NCBI GenBank assembly: GCA_023920165.1
Contig: CP089274.1
Location: 2,294,001-2,358,000 of the forward strand
Length of the DNA stretch: 64,000 bases
From: Curvularia clavata
Lineage: Eukaryota
Reading direction: 5' to 3'
The translations under genes and the position numbers were made by a program. Under the pieces are notes generated by a model. The model did no database searches, had not been told where the DNA came from, and worked only from the letters and a program-made list of their open reading frames with translations. This document shows, one piece after another, positions 50,043 through 60,715 of this stretch (position 1 is its first letter; each line of letters starts with the position of its first letter).

Positions 50043-50649
50043 CTAGTTATCGTACTTGGCCAGCAGCTCTTCAGCAAGCTTGATGTACTCCTGCTCGGCC
50101 TGCTCGGCGGTAATGCCTGACTCGGCAACTTTCTTCCACTCTTTGTGCTTGGCTTTGCCCTGTATAAATGCGTTAGCATCCTGTTCTGTTATCCTTCTGC
50201 TTTATTCGTCCGGTCCCAAGCTGGAATATGCCATGACAAGGTACGAATACCGGCGTCCTATACGCTTTGTGTCTCTGCTATGTATAGACTCCTTCTTCTA
50301 CTCTTCCTTCTCTTTCTCGAGACCAGACAAACAGAGCGAGAAGGCAATCCCAGTAGGCAGATGAGGTAGGGGGAAGGGGGGGAAACATACAGCCAGATCA
50401 AACATGCCGGGCTGCTTGGCCTCGTCGATGCTCTTTCCCTCTGCTACCTTGGCGTATGCGTAGAGCTATATATCGTCAGCGCTTCTGTATCTCAAACCTT
50501 ATAGAACCCAAGGCAAAAGGGGGGAGAAAGAAGGAAGAACGTACCTTGAGCTGCTCATCGTTGCTAGGTCCCTGCTTGCCAGCCGCCTTGAGCTTGTCGC
50601 CCATGTCGCGGATCTTCTGGTAAACTTCGGAGTACTTTGCGGACACCAT
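50043..50649 (-). CDS. ACB1: Acyl-CoA-binding protein (ACBP)
   Basis: Exons 50649-50545, 50465-50391, 50159-50043: PSNDEQLK|LYAYAK..PGMFDLA|GKAKHKEW..AEQEYI. Confidence 0.85.
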
Positions 50650-51170
50650 TTTGGCTTCTTGGTAGTAGAAAATAAGAGGGAGGTAAAAGTAGTTTCGGTG
50701 GTGGAAAAGGAGGACGTGTGATGGGTGAGTTGGAGGGAAGGAGGGGGAGGGGGGTTCGAGAATCAGGGCCCGCGGTAACTGCTTTGGTGGGGCACATGTG
50801 CCCTCGCACATGTGTGTTTGTTGGTGCCCCGCTCTGGCCTATGACGTTGACGGGCTTTTACTCCCAGCAAACTGCATAAGATTCCCAACATGTTTTGTGT
50901 GGCTATTTGCGCGTTGGACATGGGATTTGATGCAAAAAGAAAGTCAACAGTTTTGTAAAATGCATGGTTTCCTATCTAGCAGAAATTATCTCACTGTCTA
51001 GCTGAATGTTCCCATACATGCATCAACCCCCGTCTTATGCTTGTTCATCATCTTTGCTCTTGGGTATCTTCTCCCATCGTAAGATCATTGCAGCGAATAT
51101 GCAAGTAATGTCGCAGTGTACAAAAGAAAATTAAAAAGCTGGGTATCCATAGAGCGGCTCGGATGGCGAT

Positions 51171-52558
<1,388 letters not shown>

Positions 52559-52875
52559 AGTGGGCAGAGTTTTGCCGTTGCAGAACGCGGGGTGAGCAGA
52601 CTTTACGGGGCTGTATGGATATACATGAATATATATGAGAGTACAAGACGGCCGCAGGGGCGAATGCAGCCTGGCCGTGGAGCGGTGCACGCTAACGGAT
52701 CAAGCTTTCCCTGTCGGCGGAACACTAGCCCCAAGTGGTATCGCACCCTCTCCAACGCTGGCCGGGAGCTTGCGCGTTGACGTTGAGGACAGCAGAGCCT
52801 CTCCATCAACCCACGATACCTGCCCGATTGGAGAACTATCCCGCGACCCGCGACCGCAGGGCTTTGCACCGAAAT

Positions 52876-53899
52876 ATGGCGGCAATGATGCCCAGTTCCG
52901 CAACGTCTGGCAACCCCTACGATGACGATGCAGTGGAGCGTGACTTGATTGATCCAGACGATGGTGCGTTGCATGCAGCAGCAGCAGCAGCTACCTGCCC
53001 ACCCCTCCAGATGTTCATACATATGGGTGGTGAGCTAACCAGCACCAGCTACTCTCGATGACCTCGACGACCCTCTCCAAGGCACGTCGGACCGCGCGCC
53101 GCTGACGGGCAACATCCAGCGCAATGCCACCCAGACGCAGTCGTACTTGACCTCGAGCATTCCTGGCGAGGACCGCCGCGCGCCCACCAACACCATCGAC
53201 GAGACGGTATGGGAGACGCTGTCGAGAGACATATTCGCCATCTGGGAGAAGATGAAGCAAGTACTGTACCCCAAGTACCTGCTAGGCGGCATGATGCAAC
53301 GCGGCGGAGGCATTGGCGCTGCAGAACGCGGTGAAGCTGACGGCATGGGCGGTCGCCTCAGGAATATTGCAGGCAGATGGCCGGATGCCGATGTCATTCT
53401 TCAGGGCGGCATGAGCGAGGGATTGAGAGATTGGGACCTCTGGGGACCGCTCATCTTCTGCTTACTATTGAGTTTGTTCCTCTCCTGGGGCGCAAAGGGC
53501 GACCAGAAGGACCTTGTCTTCTCGGGCGTCTTTGCCATGGTGTGGATTGGAGAGGCTGTAGTGACGCTACAGATCAAACTCCTCGGAGGCAACATGTTCG
53601 TACACGCTTCTCGCACATTGACAACGACGCATGCTAACTCAGTGCCCAGCGCCTTCTTCCAGTCCATCTCCATTATCGGCTACACTCTCTTCCCGCTTGT
53701 CATTGCCTCTGTCCTCAGCGCTTTCGGGGTACCGGTCATTGTCCGCATACCCGTCTATGTTGTGCTCATTGCATGGTCGCTGGCAGCTGGTGTAAGCATC
53801 ATGGGCGGGTCTGGAGTTGTGAGAAACCGTGTTGGCATCGCAGTATACCCTTTGTTTGTATTTTACGTTGCGCTGGGCTGTCTTTGCTTTATCAGTTAG
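52876..53899 (+). CDS. Yip1-domain Golgi/ER membrane protein (Yip4/YIPF6-like)
   Basis: NTIDETVWETL, LRDWDLWGPLIFCL, GEAVVTLQIKLLGG, FFQS..IIGYTLFPL, YPLFVFY; two introns (second 53596-53649). Confidence 0.9.
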
Positions 53900-54800
53900 G
53901 GTGGATCCTGTTGCGGGTTTGATGTAGTACTAGTAGTCTGCTGCTTGGTAGGGGATGCATGACGTGCCCCAGGCGTTCAGCGCAAGCCAGCCAGCAAGCA
54001 ATGGTGCCGAGTCGGCTGTAGACATGCTTTTGTAGACTGACTGCAACATTGCCCAATCTTGACGTGCCGGGACGCGTTTGACATGGTTCCATGATGCTGC
54101 AAGCCTGACGTGCATGCGCCCAAAAACACGCATGAGTTGCTGCCACGCGCGAGCCCATGTTTAGCCATTCCGTCTTCCCCACTTCGTCATTGGTCTTTGC
54201 AGCGACAACGCACTCGACCACGACCGACTGAGGCGCCAACTCTCTGCAACTCGGCGAATCACCCATCCCTCAGCGCGCGCTTTCACTCTTCGCTCCTCGC
54301 TGCAGACGCGCTCTGGCCTCGCCCGTCTAATCAAACCGTGTCCCATCGGCGCATTGCAGTGGAAATTTGGTACCCAGCGCTTTGACCGACTCCACCACAG
54401 CTAGACCACAGGATCGACGACCGACTTCCCTCCGCTAGACGAGGCAAGCCGCGAGCAAGACGTCCGCAGAGCTTTCCACTTCACCGTCTTCGTTGATACT
54501 GTCGGGCAAGACCTACTGCCTTCCATTGTCTCACTATCGTCTCGCCGCTAGCTAGACAAAGCATCACCTGTGCAGCTGTCACTCTCGGGTCACCACAACT
54601 TGACATTCACCTTCAGGCTTGCAGTTGCTATTGTCTGTATTCAGGTATTCTCACCCTGTAACTCAGCTACAAGGCTATACACTTGGTCCTGCATTCAACG
54701 CCACCCCCTACACGAGCCTTGACCCAGCTGTACTTGCTCCACAACCCACAACGCACACAACGACCCCTCCCGAGGCCTACAACAGCAGCCATCTCATACC

Positions 54801-56669
54801 ATGACCGACATCCCCGAGAAGCCGCACGAGGCTACCGCATCTGGCACTTCTGCCCTCGAGACCAAGCATACTACAACGGCAGCGCCAACATCTCCTGCGC
54901 CGAGCGACAAGAGCAGCGACAGCGAGGGCAAGAACGTAAGGGAGAAGTTAAAGGACACACAGATTGATGCGCCACCCACATCACACCCCGCTTCCACCTC
55001 GGACTCAGCCATGAACGCAGTACCTAACGGCAACGCTACAATCGGCGATCAGAGCGTCTCAGGATCAGACAGTGAGCGTGGTCGGTTACGGCGAAAGCGC
55101 AGCCGCGAGGACTTTGAAGATGACGCCGAGGCGGACAAGCAGCCAGAGAAGAAGATTGAGCGACATACGCGCAAAAGGTCGCGAGACATCACAAAGGACT
55201 TGGAAACCCCTATCCCCGCCAAACCTTCTGGCAGCGCCATCTCGAGCATCAAGGAGAGCGACGTCGACGAGCAAATGACGTCGCCCAACAAGGCTTCTTC
55301 AACAACGACAACTGAGGGTGAAAAGCGATCTGGCTCCGGCACAAGTCCGAAGAACAAGCGTACACGTGATGAGGCTGAGAAGGATGCTGAGGCTGCTGCC
55401 GAAGGCACTGAGACTGAAACTGCAAACGGCAAGCCTGTCGAGGAACGCGATCCCAAGCGGTTGCGCGACCAGGACGGATCTGAGCCCGCCACGGATGCAG
55501 CAGAATCAAAGACCAAGGTACGTAAGCTAACACGTTTCTCAGCCACAGTGAAATTGACATTGCCATCAGATACCACCAGGAAGTGGATTCGCCAACACCT
55601 CTGCCTCATCCCCTTTTGCCGCCATGGCAGCCAAACCCCAGGAACCCAAGGCCTCAGACAAGTCCGAATCATTACCGCAAACATCTGATGACAAATTCAA
55701 GGCCTCTGGGTTCGGTGGCTTCGCGGCGTCTGCGACGTCTCCTTTCGGTGGACTTGCCAATTCCAAGCCAAGCGCCAGTTCTCCTTTTGGCGCGGCAGGT
55801 GGAAACAAATTGTCGTCTTTTGCTGGAGGCGCAGCCCAACCAACACTGGGTGGCAGTGGATTTGGAGCACTCGGAGGCTCTGGTACATCTAGTTTTGGCG
55901 GAAGTTCTTTTGGTAGCGGATTTGCAGGCCTGGGTGGTGTCAAGACACTGGGGTCTTTTGCAGCTCCTGGTGGAAACCTAGAAATCAAGGGTCTCAAGGA
56001 AAAGGAGAAGCCTTTTGGAGCAGCAGCAGATGGCGAGTCTTCTGACGAGGAGGACGATGACGACGAAGACCCAGAGAGGGCTACTGACAAGGAGGAACGG
56101 CAGTCTAGCCTGCCCGTTCTCTCTCAGCAACGTAAGTCTCTCTTTGCGCACTTTGACCTTGAAGCTAATTGTATCGAAGCACCCGAGACTGGCGAAGAGG
56201 GTGAAGAGACCATCTGGACCGGGCGCGCAAAGCTGTACCTCATGGCTGGCGAGGCCGCAAATCGAGCATGGAAGGAGCGCGGTGTGGGAACGTTCAAGTT
56301 CAACATGACAGTCGATGAGCCCAAGAAGGCACGTTTCGTCCTTCGCGCAGAGGGCACCCACCGTCTCCTCCTCAACGCAGCCGTCACGCGCAACATGGTA
56401 TTCGGCGGCGATGCCAAAGGCGAGAAGCCAAAGGACGGACGTCTGCTCTTCAACTCGCCCAATCAGGACAGTGAACTGGAGATGCATCTGCTCAGGGTAA
56501 GAAATGTTTTTGCTCTTTGTGTCGGTTTTATTCTCTCTGCCATTGGTAGTTGGACGAAACAGAACTAAAACAAGTACAATGTGCTAACATGTGTCTAAAA
56601 CAGATGAAGCCAGAAAACGCAAAGCAGTTGTGGGAAGAGGTGACAAGGGTTCAAGAGGAGCAGTTGTAG
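54801..56669 (+). CDS. FG-repeat + RanBP1-domain nuclear pore/transport protein (Nup2/Yrb2/Nup56-like)
   Basis: Basic NLS-like clusters, SPFG/FG repeats, ETGEEGEETIWTGRAKLY..WKERGVG..LRAEGTHRLLLN; introns 55518-55569, 56132-56179, 56497-56603. Confidence 0.85.
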
Positions 56670-56833
56670 AAGGCATTCTCTCTGGATCTTGCGTAGGTCT
56701 TGTCCTTTGCCTCCCGCCATCATCATCATCAGCAATCCCAGCACCACCGTTTTATTGTTTTTGTTCTTGGTCTTGATTAAGACGGGGTGGTTATGAGGAA
56801 AGATGGTGACATGGGTGTATTTGCTGGAGTGGT

Positions 56834-56958
56834 TGGATCATAGCATGGCAAGATAGGGTGTGTATAAAGAGAGGGGACGCTGAACATAAGTGTGTTCTTT
56901 GACAGCACTGGATCATAGCATGGCCAGGGTTGGCAAGGACAAAACACGGGTGTGTATA
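56834..56958 (+). repeat. Direct repeat in 3' flank of the RanBD gene
   Basis: TGGATCATAGCATGGC at 56834 and 56909; GGGTGTGTATA at 56856 and 56948. Confidence 0.7.
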
Positions 56959-59232
56959 TGTATGATGATGGGCGGTTTCTACCCTTTGGATTTCATCTTC
57001 TTTTTTCTGTCCCTTTGGTCATAAAGACCTAGGTCGGGGGAACAAAAAGGACACGAAGTAATGCAAGGGAGGGAGGGGGGAGGTGGTCTATAGACCCTTG
57101 CTTTATATACCAGAGCTTGTATGCGAGTTTGTTTGTTACTGTTACTTTGCTTTGGGGTTTTGCTGCTTCTCTTGATTGTTTTGGTTGTGTCATCCTTGTC
57201 TTTACTTCTTTCCTTCCAAGTGAGTTAGTGATGAGTTGTAGGGAACAGAAAACGATACGCACATGATGAGTATGAGGATGCAGGATTTTGAAGTACCTGA
57301 TTTCGGTTCAGGATATAGAGAGCGAAAACGAGAGATGAGACGAGGTGAAAGAGGACATAGAACTGTGTTAAGAGCACTTTAGAGGCTGAGAAAGACGGGA
57401 GAGTTAGAAGCGGTGTAGGCAGAGTCTTTTTTCTTGAAAAGGCCTAACTCAATTAATGTAGTTTGGGGCGGAGGCAGAAATTTGTAGATTAATGTTTTGA
57501 AGTGCAATAAATGTTGATTTCATATGATAAGATGTTCAAGTGTCTACCAAGTGTGAAGAGAGATATTGTTCTTGTACGCAAGTCCACTATAACTTTCTTC
57601 TTGCATCCCAACCCTATCCCATGTATTTGACGCTCTCTCGTCTCGAATTCCCTGGCATTCACTGACCTCCCCAGGCGATGCTCGGTTCGTGAAAGTGACG
57701 TTTAGGTATCTGTAGTGTATTAGAGATGGAAAAAGGAGATAAGTCGAGTTTACACAATGATGTTCATTTCGACATGACCGAGTGAAAGACGAGGAAAAAA
57801 AGTTGACAAGAATTTGTCGTCAACGACTGTGTGGACTATGAGACGACTGGTTTGTTAGATTGCGATTCCCCCGGATTCTCCAGAAGAAGGCCGTCAGGGA
57901 GAATTGATTAGCCCAGCAATTGTCTGGGCTGACAAACACCAATAGATCCCCATTTTCTTGGGCATTCGGCCATGCCTTATTCCAGATGCTGCACTCATAC
58001 ATCTCTAGCGAAGAAATGCTCTTATGCAAGCTGCCATTCCTGAAACGGTTACTGCGTCAACACGGTCAAGACAAGATCCCGGTGTGCCCAGAGAATGGCA
58101 CAAGCAAAGCCCTCATTGATGCCGCTCCTACGCTCCATTCTAAAAAAGTATTCTCGTCCCAACGGTTGGCCGAATCATCAACGTGAGCCCGAATCCAATC
58201 CAGACCAATATTCCAATGATGGAGATTGTTTTCTAGCCAACAGAGAGGCTTCAAAATGAAAAAAGAGCAGCCAAAGTGGACGGAAGGTAGGCCATATTGC
58301 TTCTAACATGGTCTCTAGGTACCATAGCAATGACATCGAATGTAGTTTCGTGTATAATTTCATGTGTGATGCTCTGTCGTGCACTATATTACGACAGTCT
58401 TTTATCTTGCTTCTGTGTTTACAGCATCTCAAAGATGTAGGACTCATGCATAGTGGAAAGTGGTCTTCGAGGCATTATTTAGTGTCTTGAAACGGACATG
58501 ATGGACGCATTTATCTAGATACGCATAGCGGCGTCGTGACAGTGAAGGAGCGATGCGCTTGTATAGTTTTGTCCTCGATGGCAAACGAGTGGAGAGGGGG
58601 AGGAGGATCCATCGCAAACGCCTATTGCTACAGGATTGTTAGCAGTGAGGGTTGCCTGTCGTAGTGCAGTCGTTAGGAGTTGAACATAGAAGGGGTAACG
58701 ACGGATGGCATGCAGCGCTTCAGTTGACCATGAGTGGATGATGCTGTGCAGCGTGATGCCGACTGCTGACGCCGAGGCTGCTGACCTGATGAGTATGTTT
58801 GCATAGTTGAGGTAAGCAAAGCCTTGTGTGCATATCTGTCGGATCCTACAGCGCCGTGTTCAAAGCAGCGTATTACGAGTGGCCAATGGAATGATGACAA
58901 CGAGGGTTCAGCAGAACGTGTACGACCCGGATACTGGATGCGATTCACTCGGGCTAGGCACGATGGCGACGCGGGCAGAGGTAGGCAGCAAACTGAGGGG
59001 ACTGTTGACACGGACAAGTCCATGATATATTGCCATGGCAGCGTGTGGCATGTCGAGGTGGTAGGACAAAAGTCGCGTGATGGATGGGGGTAGTATTTGC
59101 TTGTTGGTGGGACGCGCCGACCGAGCCGTGTGCTTGTGAGCGGGGAGAGGGCTCGTAGGGAGGTGCGACGGTACGGGGCCGACAAACTCAGTCAGGGTCA
59201 GAGTGCCAGTAAAGAGGGCGGAGCCGGCGGCG

Positions 59233-59252
59233 GGCAGGCAGGCAGGCAGGCA
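59233..59252. repeat. (GGCA)5 microsatellite
   Basis: Directly visible. Confidence 0.8.
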
Positions 59253-60715
59253 TAGCACATGTTTGGGGGGTGGCAGCGCAGGAGGTCCGTGGGCGCAGAA
59301 CAAAACAAAGTACGGCTCACAGCTGGCGCGTGGTATATAGATAGATAGCAGCCCGCGCCCCAGCTGCTGCTGCAGGCCGTTGGCAATGACGTTTGGGTGG
59401 CGAAGCCGTGTTTCAGCAGCGCGCTCCTATCCTTGTTTATTCGTCGCCTCGCGTCGCCTACCCGCCACAGCGCCGCTGCGCTCGCCTGAGGCGCGGCAAC
59501 GAGCATGCGCTCCCGCATGCAGCTGTGCCCGTCCTTGTCGCGCGCCGGCCAAAAGGCGCTGCGAAGAAACAAAAGACCGTCACAGACAGAGGCTTGTCGC
59601 TGCACTCGATCACCTCACGGCGTGGGAGGCGACGCTCGGACCCAGACGAACTTGATCTGCGCGCGCCTGCAATCTGGCCGGCGCCAAGCCCGTGCAGGTT
59701 AGCGCACCTGCAGGTGCTGGGCGGAACGCGCTGTCATTGGCCAGCGCCCCCCTCCCAGTCTGCCCCAAGGAATCCGCTGCTGCCGTCTCTCCTCGTCACC
59801 TACGCCCAAACCCCCCCAGGGTGTCGCATTTCCTGCTCAGACTCCGTCCTCTTGATTTTTTCCCTGGCGAGCTCCCATGCCCTCGATGCGCCGCCCAGCT
59901 GTCATGGCTTCTCGGGAGACGGCCGCCCACGCATGCCATGGGTAGGGCGGCGGGCGCCACAGTCGACGCCAGCCGCATGCTGATGTCTTGAGACCTGCAA
60001 CCCCTCGGTGACTAATGCCCTCTAGCCCTCACTCCTGGCCATGTCCTTGGGCACAGCGCACAGACCACTGGCGCTAAGCCCTTCTCGCTCGCCAGCGTCG
60101 GGGCCATTCATTCTCAGGACATTCGCACGCTCGATTCTCCACTGCCATTCTGACTCCCATACCACTCCACGCCCTCGCTGCCCTGCGAGCACCCTCCCTC
60201 CATCCGGCCTGCTAACACCGCAGCTGCGAGCTCTCCCCGCGTCGATACTCGACACTGCGCGCGCCGTTTCCTTTGTGGCCGCCGCCCCCCTCCCATCCGA
60301 CTGCTCCCTCCGAAGCCGCCTCGAGCCTCTCATCCCCAAAACACCTTGCCTCACGGCCGGCGCACTGCATCCACCCTCGCACAGCGTCTCAATACCGCCT
60401 CTTCATGATATCCTCTCGATATCGCTCCATCAGTGACGTCTCAGAGCCCTCCTCCAAGCCCTTTTGCAACCGAGCCCTCGCTGCAACGGGACACGCAAGC
60501 CTCTTCTCTCTGCCTGCCTCAGCTCTCTAGGCGCTCGAATCGTCACCACTCGACACACATCTCGTTGGCGCTGCTCGTTGTTTTCGTCTCGAGTCGCCCT
60601 TGGTAGCCCTGCCCTCCCTGTCCGCGTCCTGGGCGTCATGCGATCCCCACAACACACATCTTGAGTACCCACTACACCAACACCATCACACGTTACCGAG
60701 CCTGCCTGCCAGATT

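Noticed and set aside
44750..50765. GGTTCGA T-loop-like motifs (44752, 47492, 50753) as tRNAs
   Set aside because: No cloverleaf stems or A-box in the flanks.
57820..58490. Short overlapping ORFs as a gene or transposon remnant
   Set aside because: No recognisable domain, coherent splice model, terminal repeats or target-site duplication.
59648..59660. GAACTTGATCTG resembling part of a fungal TPP riboswitch
   Set aside because: Lacks the upstream CTGAGA and downstream GATAATxCCAGCG elements; adjacent gene is unrelated to thiamine.
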